Shown piece by piece: positions 25,053 to 38,674 of a stretch of DNA of 64,000 nt. Below the pieces are notes generated by a model. That model made no database searches. It was not told where the DNA came from and was given only the letters and a program-made list of their open reading frames with translations. Position numbers and translations under genes: made by a program. How positions within the stretch are numbered: position 1 is the stretch's first letter; every line of letters starts with the position of its first letter. This DNA is from Octopus sinensis. Its lineage: Eukaryota. The stretch covers positions 98,456,001 through 98,520,000 of the forward strand of contig NC_043002.1 of NCBI RefSeq assembly GCF_006345805.1, given 5' to 3'.

Positions 25053-25153
25053 GTACAGCGTTTGTTTCGACCTGTCCTACTATTGTTCTCTATATGTTGA
25101 ACTCTGTTCAACAGGTGTTGCTTCCATTTTGCAGACTGGGTCTCATCAGGTAC
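25053..25153 (-). ncRNA. Hammerhead-like motif with long stem II insert
   Basis: Minus strand: gtac-CTGATGA-gacc-(~66 nt)-ggtc-GAAA-caaacgct-gtac. The cleavage triplet is imperfect. Confidence 0.4.
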
Positions 25154-25228
25154 ATCCATAATGTTTTATACCAAACCCATCTTCTCATTACTTGTATATA
25201 TATACATACACATACACATTTTTTTTTA

Positions 25229-25624
25229 TACTTGTTTCAGTCATTTGACTGCGGCCATGCTGGAGCACCGCCTTTAGTCGAGCAGAACGACCCCAGGACT
25301 TATTCTTTGTAAGCCCAGTACTTATTCTATCGGTCTCTTTTTGCCGAACCGCTAAGTGACGGGGACATAAACACACCAGCATCGGTTGTCAAGCAATGCT
25401 AGGGGGACAAACACAGACACACAAACATATACACACACATACACATATATATATATATATACATATATACAACAGGCTTCTTTCAGTTTCCGTCTACCAA
25501 ATCCACTCACAAGGCATTGGTCGGCCAGGGCTATAGCAGAAGACACTTGCCCAAGGTGCCACACAGTGGGACTGAACCCGGAACCATGTGGTTGGTTAGC
25601 AAGCTACTTACCACACAGCCACTC
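25229..25624 (-). mobile_element. Family-A tRNA-SINE
   Basis: High identity to the family. Confidence 0.92.
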
Positions 25625-26184
25625 ATACTTTCAAAGATTAAATGAAGGAATTTCTATGTGATTACTAGAATTAGGAGACACATGACCATCAGAAATCACA
25701 ACCTACCATCTTGAGGATACACTGGACATCATAATCCCTAGTAAATAAAAAGACACATACATTATGCAAGAAATACTTTTGATTATAATTCTGCCTGGGG
25801 CTAAAAAGTAACAACTCACTTTTGATCAAAGCTCTGCTGGCCTAAAGTAACTAAAGTAACAAATTGTCAGTTGAATATAATGCATAGGAACCGGACAAAC
25901 CTGAAGCAGACTTGGAGTAGAGAGGGTATGGCATTGATGAGTTTGAAAATGATGAAAAAGAACTTAGACAAACCTAGCTGAGTGATTGATTATCTAAAAG
26001 ATTAATCAAACAATGAATTAGTTAATCAGTTGAGAAGTTAGCCAATTGACTAATAATGATAAACAAGCGAATTAGAACCAGTTGATTTGTCTATTATTGG
26101 CATAATGACTCTCCTAAGATACGACAAAATCTGTTTCAACTAATAACTTCACTTCAAGAATCTTGCAAGCCAAATACATATATG

Positions 26185-26704
26185 CTTTCTACTATAGGCA
26201 GAAGGTGGAGGCACAAGGTCTAGGGATTAGAGCAGTGGACTCACGGTTGAGAGATCGCGGGTTCAAATCTCAGACTGGGTGATGTGTGTGTTTATGAGCA
26301 AAATATCTAAGATCCATGTGGCTCTGGCAGAAGGTAAAGGGGAACTTCTGCTGACTCTTTCGCCACAACTTTCTCTCACTCCTTCCTCCTGCATCTTGTA
26401 GCTCACCTGCGATGGATTGGCTTCCCATCCAGGTGGGGAATCTATACACCAAGGAAACCAGGAAGCTGGGTGTGGCTCGAGAAGGAACAACAACATAGGC
26501 ACAAGGAAGGCCTCAAATTTGTGGGGAGTAGACTAGTTGATCACATTGTCCGCCAGTGTTTCACTGGTACTTATTTTATCGACCTCGAAAGGATGAAAGG
26601 CAAAGTCAACCTCGGTGGAATTCGAACTCAGCATGTAAAGACAAACGAAATATCACTAAGCATTTTGCCCTGCATGCTAACGTTTCTGCCAGCTCGCTGC
26701 CTTA
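26185..26704 (-). mobile_element. Nin-domain SINE (family C) carrying a nested tRNA-SINE
   Basis: TSD caaatacatatatg on both sides; Nin block ctggtacttattttatcgacctcgaaaggatgaaaggc. Confidence 0.8.
26207..26495 (+). mobile_element. tRNA-SINE with family-B-like head and V-domain-like body
   Basis: Head ggaggcacaaggtctagggattagagcagtggactcacggt..ggttcaaatc; block cctgcgatggattggcttcccatccagg; approximate TSD ataggca.aagg. Confidence 0.7.
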
Positions 26705-27568
26705 AAGCAAATACATATATGAAAGGTTTAATGATATTTTTATGTCTTAGAGGAAGAAAACCATCACTGTCAATTCTTTTTTTTTATTGGGCTTTCAAGA
26801 TATGTAAGAAGAAGAAAAAAATATCTCAATATTCTCAAACTAGAAACCTGGTCTCAATGTTTGCAACACAGTGTACTTGGTGGACTTAGCTTAAGACACA
26901 CAGACAAAGGCACACAACAATCATGCAGTGATATTAAACCTGACAGTGATTATGTCTACCAAGAAAAAAAATTTATTACAATCTAAAATAGTTAAGTAGG
27001 AGCACAACTACAGTATTTTGCAACATGATAGTCATTGAGAGGATTTCTGACTCTCTTCTCAGAATGCAGAAAGCTGGAACAAAATCTTCAAGATATTCTA
27101 TCTGACATGTCTTTTACATGGACATAGTTATAGTTAATTAAAGTTATCATATTCACAAAATTGTGTTAGTGATTACTTTTATGGAATTGTCGTCTGCAGT
27201 TAACTTATATATATATGTATCCTCATGAAAAGCAATAAAATCAGTAAGAAGTATATTCTAGTCTGATTCCATAAATGTATTTATTTATTTATGGAGTCAT
27301 TCCATCCACTCTAACTATTTTTACTGCAGTCAACCCCTTTTTAATAAATTTACTGGAGGAGTGTGTTTCCTTCTCCACCTTTACCATTCTATTCCGAATG
27401 GAACTTGTGAAAAAATTGAGAGGACTTAACTGAAAAGGAAAGTGACTGATCTTAATCCTTTCAGCTCACAATCTCTTTCACCATAGTCACCAAGCAGAGA
27501 AAATCTCCTTCCTCTATCTTGTTAACCCTTTAGCCTACGTTGTCTCATAACTTCAAAATTTCGATGAT

Positions 27569-28047
27569 AGGCGCAGGAGTGGCTGTGTGGTAAGTAGCTT
27601 GCTAACCAACCACATGGTTCCGGGTTCAGTCCCACTGCATGGCATCTTGGGCAAGTGTCTTCTGCTATAGCCCCGGGCCGACCAATGCCTTGTGAGTGGA
27701 TTTGGTAGACGGAAACTGAAAGAAGCCTGTCGTATATATGTATATATATGTATATGTGTCCAACCCGTGCTAGCGCGGTATACGGACGTTAAACGATGAT
27801 GGCGATGATGATGAGGATGTGTGTTTGTGTGTCTGTGTTTGTTCCCCTAGCATTGCTTGACAACCGATGCTGGTGTGTTTACGTCCCCGTCACTTAGTGG
27901 TTCGGCAAAAAAGAGATCGATAGAATAAGTACTGGGCTTACAAAATGAACAAGTTCCGGGATCGAGTTGCTTGACTAAAGGCGGTGCTCCAGCATGGCCG
28001 CAGTCAAATGACTGAAACAAGTAAAAGAGTAAAAAGAGTAAAAGAGT
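27569..28047 (+). mobile_element. Family-A SINE with a family-D tail fragment inserted in its microsatellite (27758-27820)
   Basis: gtccaacccgtgctagcgcggtatacggacgttaaacgatgat inside the TA/TG tract. Confidence 0.9.
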
Positions 28048-28371
28048 ATGACTGTTTATTTTTAGAATGACATTGTTGGGTAGGTGTGAGAGGCTGAATC
28101 TGGTTGGTTTGAACTTAAAACAGGTAGAATATTTGTGGCCAGATCTGGCCAGCTTGAATGCTAAAAGGACATAGGAAGGTGGCATGTTGTTAATAATATT
28201 ATTAATAATTGTTTCAAATGCTGGCACAAGGCTAGTAAAATTGAAGAAAGGGATTAGTTGATACTCTTGACCCCAGTGCTTGACTGCTTAGTTTATTTTA
28301 TTTACTCTGAAAAAAAAAAAATAAAAATAATAATAATAAAAGGCGAAACTGACTTTGCCAAGATTTGAACT

Positions 28372-28588
28372 ACTCTTTTACTCTTTTACTTGTTTCAGTC
28401 ATTTGACTGTGGCCATGCTGGAGCACCGCCTTTAGTCGAGCAAATCGACCCCGGGACTTATTCTTTTGTAAGCCCAGTACTTATTCTATCGGTCTCTTTT
28501 GCCGAACTGCTAAGTAACGGGGACATAAACACACCAGCATCGGTTGTCAAGCAATGCTAGGGGGACAAACACAGACACACAAACACAT

Positions 28589-28623
<35 letters not shown>

Positions 28624-28787
28624 CGACAGGCTTCTTTCAGTTTCCGTCTACCAAATCCACTCACAAGGCATTGGTCGGCCCAGGGCTATAGCAGAAGACA
28701 CTTGCCCAAGATGCCACGCAGTGGGACTGAACCCGGAACTGTGTGGTTGGTTAGCAAGCTACTTACCACACAGCCACTCCTGCGCCT
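28372..28787 (-). mobile_element. Family-A SINE flanked by ~186-bp direct repeats
   Basis: 28187-28372 is repeated at 28789-28974. Confidence 0.9.
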
Positions 28788-29012
28788 ATTGTTAATAATA
28801 TTAATAATAATTGTTTCAAATGCTGGCACAAGGCTAGTAAATTTGAAGAAAGGGATTAGTTGATACTCTTGACCCCAGTGCTTGACTGCTTAGTTTATTT
28901 TATTTACTCTGGAAAAAAAAAAATAAAAATAATAATAATAAAAGGCGAAACTGACTTTGCCAAGATTTGAACTAAGAATGTAAAGATCCATTTAAAAAAA
29001 AAAACACTGCTT

Positions 29013-29427
29013 ACTCTTTTACTCTTTTACTTGTTTCAGTCATTTGACTGCGGCCATGCTGGAGCACCGCCTTTAGTCAAGCAAATCGACCCCGGGACTT
29101 ATTCTATTGTAAGCCCAGTACTTATTCTATCGGTCTCTTTTGCCGAACCGCTAAGTGACGGGGACGTAAACACACCAGCATCGGTTGTCAAGCAATGCTA
29201 GGGGGACAAACACAGACACACAAACACACACACACATTCATATATATATATATATATACACATATATACGACAGGCTTCTTTCAGTTTCTGTCTACCAAA
29301 TCCACTCACAAGGCATTGGTCGGCCCGGGGCTATAGCAGAAGACACTTGCCCAAGATGCCACGCAGTGGGACTGAACCCAGAACCATGTGGTTGGTTAGC
29401 AAGCTACTTACCACACAGCCACTCCTG
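29013..29427 (-). mobile_element. Family-A SINE inserted in an old Nin-SINE
   Basis: Old family-C sequence resumes after the insert (agcaatttgtccaacatgctaatgattctaccagc). Confidence 0.9.
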
Positions 29428-30059
29428 AGCAATTTGTCCAACATGCTAATGATTCTACCAGCTTGTAACAGCAATAATATTTTGAAAATCATTTAGATTA
29501 TTTATGAAAAAACATTTAAAGCAAAATAGGCCAATTCTTAAGTACACTTTTATTCCAGAAATTCCTTTTGAGGAATCTTTAATATTTTCAGATTGAACTT
29601 CTGTTTCATTTTTTTTTTTATTCACTTTACAAATTTTTTGAGGAGGATGCTAGAAATATTTTTTCTTACATTTATTCATTTTATTACTTAATTCTTTTCT
29701 TAAATTTCCTTATTATTATTATTGATGTTGTTTTTATAAGAATCACCATCATTATCATCATTCATGTTTTCACTCCTCCTCCTCCCCCTCCCCCCCGCTC
29801 CCCCCCCCGCTCCATAGTCACTGACTTTATTTTATTTATTTATTTTCTTTTTCTCATTCCTATGTTTATATTCTCTACAAGCCTTTTTCCTATTATTCTT
29901 GAGCCCAGACGGATGACTACAAAGATTTTTTTTTTTTTTGGCAAAAGCAGGCATCAGAAATGGAAACAAATGCCTCCAAGGTGAAGAGAATAAAATACAA
30001 TAGCAGATTTGTTAAAGATGCCTGGATAAAGAATTCCTACTACAGATGGATATAGCATC

Positions 30060-30781
30060 CTTCAGTCTTTTTCATTCTTTATTTTCTCCTCTTTTTTTCT
30101 TCTCTCTCTCTCTCTATTTACATTTTTATCTTTTTCTATATATTTTCTTTTTTTTTGTTTTTTTTCCCTGAAACTATTTATTTTGTAGTTTTATTTTTCC
30201 GTCACTCCTCCCACCCTCCGTTTTGTTTTCGTTTGCAATTTTCCCTACTATTCCACTATTCCAGTTTAACTACATCTATTAATCTGACCCCCACCCTGGA
30301 CAGGAATTTCTTATTTATTTATTTATTTTGGATTAATTTTTTTTCTTTTTAGTCTTTTATATTTTGTATCTTCTTTTTACTGTATTTTACATTTTCTTTA
30401 GCATTTTTATATGTTCTGTGCTCTTCTTCATTAGCTTTTTCTCTATTCTGACCTTTTGCTATCAATTTCATTCTTCTCCTTCATTTCTTCTCTTTCATTC
30501 ACTCTTTCTTTCCCTTCTCTACCTCCTCTTTCTCATTCTCTTTTCCTTTTCTTTGACCCCCACCCATACTCATTCCAGCACTTCTGCTCTTTTACCCCTT
30601 CCACTCTCACTCTCTTTTACTCCTTCTTGTTCTCATACTCTTTCACTCTCTCCTTGTTCCCTCTCTTAACCCCTCTCTCTTCCTCTCTCTTATTCTGTCT
30701 ACCCTGCATCCTTTAATTTCTTTCCATTTTTCCTTCTTTCTATATGTCTTTACAATCTTATCTTTTTCCTCACACTTTTCT

Positions 30782-30816
<35 letters not shown>

Positions 30817-31318
30817 CATCCTCCTTTCTCTTTTTACTTTTGCTTTGTATAAGTTTTTTCTCTTTCCCATATCTCTCATCTATCTCACTTCTTTTTTATC
30901 AACCTCCTCGTTTCTTTATCAAACTCTCTCTTTCTCTCTCATCTCAAAACTTCTATTTTAGAGATCATCTTTTTCTATTTTCATTTCTCTTTCACATACT
31001 CTAAAACTCTCTCTTTCTCTTTTCTGTCTATGCCCCTTTGCTCCACCCCCCCCTCATTGTTCCACATGTTATTCTCTCTATTGGATCTGAAGTCTATTCT
31101 TTCATTCTCTACATTTACCTCCCCCTCTTCCTGTCCTCACCTTCTTACCTTTTTTCTATCTTATCTTTTTCTCCAGATCATTAACAACTCAGTCTCTCTA
31201 TCTTATCCTCTCTTTCTCTATCCACATTTACTATCTTTCTCTCTCCCTCTTCTCACTCATTATCTTCGTTGTCTATTGTATTCCACATTTTTGAGGTCCA
31301 GTACACACCTATCCATTG

Positions 31319-31368
<50 letters not shown>

Positions 31369-31720
31369 TAAACTTGTGTGTCTGTGTTTGTGTGTGGGTA
31401 TATGTATATATGTGCATATGTGTGTATTATATATATTTGTATATTCTTTGAAAGTATTTTTCCTAATTATTCCTCTCATATTTTACCAAATTCCTAGATT
31501 ACTATCACATAAAGAGAATCTTTCTTTTATCACACATTACTGATATATATATATATATGTGTGTGTATATATATAATATATATATATATATATATGTGTA
31601 TATATATATATGTGTATATATATATATATATATATGTGTGTGTATATATACACATATATATATATATATACACACACACACTCACACACATATGCATTAC
31701 AGTAATATATGAATACATAT
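30060..31720. repeat. Long polypyrimidine tract followed by (TA/TG)n microsatellites
   Basis: Direct reading. Confidence 0.9.
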
Positions 31721-33314
31721 AACTGTATATAAATATATGTGCGTATATATTTGTATATGCAGGCATGCACACACACACACACACACATACATACACACAC
31801 ATGTACATATGCACGCTGCATTGTTTCAGTCTTACTCTCAGGGTTTGGCTTTGTGTTTATACATACATATGGTGTGCATATAGACATTATACTTAATCAC
31901 TATTCATATATACATTACATCAGTGAATAGCCAAGTATAAACACGTACATACACATTCCATGTAAATTTATTTATACATGCATCACAACAATTGATTAGA
32001 AAAGCACATACACATATACATTGTATTCATTCCTTTCTCTTTGTGTATGTCTGTATACATAAAAGTTTAAAGTTTATTGAATAGATCTGCGCAATATATA
32101 TACATTATATGTGTGTGTGTGTCTGTACATATTGAGAAGGGGAGAAAGAGGGGCTATTCTCATTTGTTGACCAAAATAGTTTTCTGGTATTTCTATATTG
32201 ATGGCTCTTTCATTAGAATACATACATAAACACAACACATGCAAATTAACATTTTTTTCGGCTTGTGTATGTGTGTATATGCAGTTTGTGTTTATATATA
32301 TATGTAAGTGTAAAAAAACATATCTCTTTCCACACGTCTATCCAACAACTGACCAAAATAGCTCTTTCTACTGTTACTCTATATTCACTAGGTCATTACA
32401 AAATGTATTAAAAACAGTGGCTTCTTGGTGAATACACATCATCATCATCATCGTCATTATCATCATCATGAAACAAGTAATGGCACTATCAATGCTCATC
32501 ATCAAACAATTAATGGCATTATCAATGCCAAGATCAACCTCATTAAAAATATTTTCATTGTGGTCAGGAACCATGCTAAACCTGATATACTACCAACATC
32601 TTTGGGCAGCTAGAAATAACAGCTAAATCTTTCTTAAATCACACTGTACCACCTTATGTATTGAATGATCACATTTAATGTATAGGATTTTTAGTCCTAG
32701 ATACATAAAATGATGAACTTAGCTTGAACGACTTTCATTATAAGTCTCCTTGATCAGACCTTAACAACAATAGCATCTTTTCATTTTTCCATTTCCATGG
32801 TCTCTCTTGTTGTAGGAGTCACCTCATCCTTAATTTCTTTCTACCTGTTTTCATCACCATCATCATCATGATTGGCTCGTCTCATCCCCATACTTGTTAG
32901 ATCAGTAACTATAGGTCAATGATAAGCTGTTTTCTCATTCTTTCTCAGTCATCTGATAATAAATCTTTAGTCATATTTTCTGCTTTCCAACAAACCCAAT
33001 TTCTGTTTGAGCTTTGCTCAAAAAATGATTCTATTTTTCCCTGAGTGATAATTGCAATCATGAATTTACTTGAAACCAGAGTCTTTAAAAGAAAAAAGCT
33101 GCCAGTTTCTATTTGTTTCTTTGTTTTAAGTTCATTTTTCTATACTGGCATGGATTAGTGGTTCCCAAATTTTTTAAGGCCAATACCCCCTTGGCACTCA
33201 GGCCACATTCCTTGCACTCCTCCCTCTCCCCACCACAAATATAGACCACTTTCTGCAGAAAATCCAAAACAACTGCATTTCACAAATAAAACTTAAATCT
33301 AATTAACTTATTAA

Positions 33315-33489
33315 TCATCATCGTTTAACGTCCGTTTTCCGCACTAGCACAGGTTGGATGGTTCGATCGGGGTCTGGGAAACCAGGGGCTGCACCAGGCT
33401 CCAGTCTTATCTGGCAATGTTTCTACAGCTGGATGCCCTTCCTAACGCCAACCACTCCACGAGTGTAGTGGGTGCTTTTTACGTGCCAT
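33315..33489 (-). mobile_element. Family-D retroposon 3' fragment
   Basis: catcatcgtttaacgtccg..ggatgcccttcctaacgcc..ggtgctttttacgtgcca. Confidence 0.85.
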
Positions 33490-34055
33490 ATATTTTACAT
33501 CTATCACCCTGCCATTTTGGCCACCCCATTATCATCCTACTTTTCATCAATGTGCCTCTGGATCTTTCCACTGCCCACTTTAAGAACCACTGGAGATAAA
33601 TATGCTATTGAGGTATTGTTACACAGTTGGATGCCCTCCAATGCCTCTTGCTAGTCTTTACCTGTTTTTTCATGTAAGGGATCTTTTTTTCTGCATGTCA
33701 TTAAAGGCACAAAGCAAGCAGGTGAATTATTGATAGGAGAAATGCCAACAGTGTATTGCGTGAATGTTGTGACTTTTGAATAAGTGACTGATGTAAACAA
33801 ACTCATTGACACACTCATGCCTAGAAGCATGTGTATGTGTGTATGTATGTGAGTGTGTGTATATCTGTGTCACACATACACTCATAACAGATTTCATTTT
33901 TAGCTCTGGACTACCAAATTTATCTGCAAGGTCTAGTAGCAGATACCTACTCAAAGTGCTACACAGTTCCATTTTGTGGCACCTTGTATGTGAAACCACA
34001 GAACCATGTCTGCACTTGTAGCATTTATGTGTATATTATCATTATTATTATGTGA

Positions 34056-34388
34056 AGGTGCATGGTTCAGTGGTTAAAGCATTGAGCTTGCGATCGTGAG
34101 GTTGTGAGTTCGAATCCCAGACCGGGCTGCATGTTGCATTCTTGAGCAAGGCACTTTATTTCATGTTGCTCCAGTTCACTCAGCTGTAGAAATGAGTTGC
34201 GACGTCACAGGTACCAAGCTGAATTGGCCTTTGCCTTTCCCTTGGATAGCATCGGTGGCATGGAGAGGGGAGGCTGGTATGCATGGGCGACTGCTGGTCT
34301 TCCATAAACAACCTTGCCCGGACTTGTGCCTGGGAAGGTAACTTTCTAGGTGCAACCCCACGGCCAGTCATGACCGAAAGGGGTCTCA
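34056..34388 (+). mobile_element. tRNA-SINE family F (CORE/Meta-like central domain)
   Basis: A box tggttcagtgg, B box gttcgaatcc, then ttcttgagcaaggcactttatttc..cactcagctgtagaaatgagt; second copy at 56959-57292. Confidence 0.85.
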
Positions 34389-34390
34389 GC

Positions 34391-35094
34391 ATTATTATTA
34401 TTATTATTATTATTATTTAAGGCAGTAGGCTGGCAGTACCATTGGTATGCTGGGCAAAATGCTTGATGGCATTTCATCCATCTTTATGTTCAGAGTTCAG
34501 ATTCCACTGAGGTTGACTTTGCCTTTCATCCTTTCAGAGTTGATAACATAAATACCAATCAAACTCTGAGGTGGATGTAATCAGATTACTCTCGCCCCTG
34601 AAATTGCTGGCCTGGTGCCAAAATTTGAAATCCTCCTCATCATCATCATCATTGTTATTGCGAGCTGGCAGACTCCTTAGCATGCCAGGCAAAGTGCTTA
34701 GCAGCATTTCTTCTTTGCCTTCCATTCTGAGTTCAAATTCCACCGAGGTCGACTTTGCCTTTCATCCTTTTGGGGGTTGATGAAATAAGTACCAGTTATG
34801 CACTTGGGACAATGTAACCGACTCCTTTGCCATTCACCCCTTTTGGGGGTCATTTAAATAAGTACCAGTGGCGTTAGGAAGGGCATCCAGCCGTAGAAAC
34901 ACTGCCAGATCTGACTGGGCCTGACGAAGCCTTCCAGCTTCACAGACCCCAGTTGAACCGTCCAACCTATGCTAGCATGGAAAGCGGACGCTAAATGATG
35001 ATGATGATGATGATGATGAGTACTAGGGTCAATGTAATTGAGTATTCCCCCTCCCCCAAATTTCAGGCCTTGTGTCTACAATAGAAAAGCTTCT

Positions 35095-35126
<32 letters not shown>

Positions 35127-35780
35127 TTTTATCATCATCATCATCATCATCATTTTTATTATTATTATTATTTATTATTATTATTATTAAGTGACTGTTC
35201 TATTATTATTATTATTTTATTATTATTATTATTATTTAAGGCAGTAGGCTGGCAGTACCATTGGTATGCTGGGCAAAATGCTTGATGGCATTTCATCTAT
35301 CTTTATGTTCAGAGTTCAGATTCCACTGAGGTTGACTTTGCCTTTCATCCTTTCAGAGTTGATAACATAAATACCAATCAAACTCTGAGGTGGATGTAAT
35401 CAGATTACTCTCGCCCCTGAAATTGCTGGCCTGGTGCCAAAATTTGAAATCCTCCTCATCATCATCATCATTGTTATTGCGAGCTGGCAGACTCCTTAGC
35501 ATGCCAGGCAAAGTGCTTAGCAGCATTTCTTCTTTGCCTTCCATTCTGAGTTCAAATTCCACCGAGGTCGACTTTGCCTTTCATCCTTTTGTGGGTTAAT
35601 GAAATAAGTACCAGTTATGCACTTGGGACAATGTAACCGACTCCTTTGCCTTTCACCCCTTTTGGGGTCATTTAAATAAGTACCAGTTGAGTACTAGGGT
35701 CGATGTAATTGAGTATTCTACCTCCCCCAAATTTCAGGCCTTGTGTCTACAATAGAAAAGCTTCTATTATTATTATTATT

Positions 35781-35821
<41 letters not shown>

Positions 35822-35904
35822 TTTTATCATCATCATCATCATCATCATTTTTATCATCATCATCATCATCATCATCATTTTTATCATCATCATCATCATC
35901 ATCA

Positions 35905-35935
<31 letters not shown>

Positions 35936-35970
35936 AGTGACTGTTCTATTATTATTATTATTATTATTAA
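34391..35970. repeat. Tandem duplication (offset 819 bp) of a cluster of Nin-SINEs
   Basis: Identical ORFs at 34534 and 35353; units bounded by (ATT)n; only the first unit has a family-D insert (34868-35017). Confidence 0.9.
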
Positions 35971-36609
35971 GAGACTGTTCTAAATCCATTATATCTCATA
36001 TCATGAAGCAACAAGGGGTTTAGGAATCGTAGCACATTTTCAAAAAAGGGGAAAAAAAAATATTGTGGCAGGAATTATGATGAAAACACATTGTGCTGTA
36101 ACTCATCATGTGTTCATATGTGTACATAAAGACATCCAATACATGTTGGGTATGCATATACATAAACATATGTGTAATCTAAGTTAGCTGTGAGAAGGGA
36201 ATTCTAATCTGGTATCCTCACAATCTTCCTTTATTTGGTCTTGTAGTCAGAAACTGAAGAATTTCTTCATCAAATCTCTTCTTTTCCAACAAAATTGATG
36301 TAAAAGAAATATGCCAAGTGTAGATGTTTGTTGTGTGTGTGTGTGTGTGTGTGTGTGTGTCTGTGTGATCTATACACAAATGTGTATTTTATTCCTGTCA
36401 AATGAGACATCTCAAGTTCAAATCAGGAATAAATGATCCCTCCAAGGGGCTGAGAGATAAAACAACACAGATGAAGATAAACCTGAAAACTAATCTATTT
36501 TCTTAAATGCTCAGTCAGCTTTCACTGCCCAATTCACTTCATTCTTGTAATACATAAATCTGTGTGTTTTTGTGTGCATGTGTGTATGGGTATTTTTTTT
36601 CTGGTATGT

Positions 36610-36834
36610 ACTCTTTTACTCTTTTACTTGTTTCAGTCATTTGACTGCGGCCATGCTGGAGCACCGCCTTTAATCGAGCAACTCAACCCCGGGACTTATT
36701 CTTTTTGTAAGCCCAGTACTTATTCTATCAGTCTCTTTTTGCCAAACCGCTGAGTGACGGGGACGTAAACACACCAGCATCGGTTGTCAAGCAATGCTAG
36801 GCGGACAAACACAGACACACAAACACACACACGC

Positions 36835-36865
<31 letters not shown>

Positions 36866-36869
36866 TACA

Positions 36870-36908
<39 letters not shown>

Positions 36909-37074
36909 TATGACGGGCTTCTTTCAGTTTCCGTCTACCAAATCCACTCACAAGGCTTTGGTCGGCCCGAGGCTATAGCAGAAGACACTTGCCCAAGATG
37001 CCACGCAGTGGGACTGAACCCGGAACCATGTGGCTGGTTAGCAAGCTACTTACCACACAGCCACTCCTGCGCCT
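36610..37074 (-). mobile_element. Family-A tRNA-SINE
   Basis: High identity to the family. Confidence 0.92.
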
Positions 37075-37824
37075 GTGTATTTGTGTATTTTTTTTTTTAT
37101 TTCATGTGTGTGTCTTCCTCTTTGTATGTCTCTTTGTATGTCTATTTCTCTCTGTTCTTCTGTTTTCAGTCTCTTTTCTCCATTTCTGCCAACTGTCTCT
37201 TCTTATGTTAGTCATTTAAAAACTCTTTTAAAACTCATTCATTCAATCTTTCCTTCTCTCTCAGCCTTTGTCTTCGCTTGTGTGTGTGTGGTGTGTGTGT
37301 ACTCACACCCACATTTCTTTCTCATTCCTCTCTTTCTTTGGCTCTTCTCTTTCTAGTCTTTCTTTTTCCCCACTTCTATCTTACTGTTGTTCCTTCTGTT
37401 AGTCATTTAACAACTCTTTTTAAACTCATTAATTCAATCTTTCCTTCCTCTACATCTCGCTCTCTCTCTCCTCTCTTTCTCTCTCCTCTCTCTTTCCAGT
37501 TACATCTCTCCTCTTCACTCTCATTTACTACCCACATTCACATAGTCATTCAAAACTGCACTCATTTTCACTCCGTCTTACCTTCTCTTATTCTCACTTC
37601 CCTCTGAATCTCTTCCTCTTCTCAACCATCTTTTTGAATCACTTCCTCTTCACCTGCTCTGTCATCACTTATACATATAAATGCACATACATTCATATTC
37701 TTTCTTTAACTTTGTATATGATACTGTATTTACCCCCAACTCTTAGTACTACACTTTATCACTCCCTCTGACTCGCCTTTATCCCCACTCTGCCTGCCTG
37801 TTTGTCTGTTTGAATGTCTGTCTG

Positions 37825-37859
<35 letters not shown>

Positions 37860-38214
37860 CTTGGACTTTCATCTCATTACTTATTCTTACCCATAATAAA
37901 CATGTATATGTGTATAGGTATGTTCACAGCTGTATCCTTAGCATCTAAATATTGGATTGCGTGACTGTCTTTCCATGTTCTTGTGTATTGTAAGCATAAT
38001 GATAGCACGTATGTGTGCGTGTATATACACACATGCACACACATGCACACACACACACACACACACACACACGCGCGCGCGCGTTTTTATGTATGTTTGC
38101 CTGTATGATGAAATGGCTCTGTGTTCGCACATATGTGTTTTCCTGTCTGTGAAGCTATGAAAATGTTAAACTATCAATAGGTATATAAGTGTGTAACTTT
38201 TGATTTGCATGTAT

Positions 38215-38245
<31 letters not shown>

Positions 38246-38417
38246 CATATGTATATTTATATGTATGTATAAGTATGTGTGTGTGTGTGTGTGTATGCAC
38301 TCAAATATGTTTTATGTATAGGTGAGTATCTGTAAATATTTATATATTCTGTAGATGCATGTATAATTGTATGTATGATTATAGTTTCATGTGTATATGG
38401 TTGTATTTACAAATTTG

Positions 38418-38477
<60 letters not shown>

Positions 38478-38621
38478 ATGTGTGTGCGTGCATGCTGCCA
38501 AATACATTAAGTCCCACATAATTCTCTAACTTAACAGCCTTCCACTACTTGTGCGTTGGAAACCTACTCAAAACCCTCTCAGAAATCTAATTAACCTACT
38601 TCATTATTTCCCATCTTTCAG

Positions 38622-38674
38622 ATGGTGTTTGACTTCAGCAGCTAAGTTTGGACAAAAACCCGTAACACAGTAAG
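38622..38674 (+). other. Candidate 53-nt non-coding (UTR or lncRNA) exon
   Basis: ctaat branch point, ttcattatttcccatctttcag acceptor, AAG|gtgagt donor; stop codons in all three frames. Confidence 0.45.
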
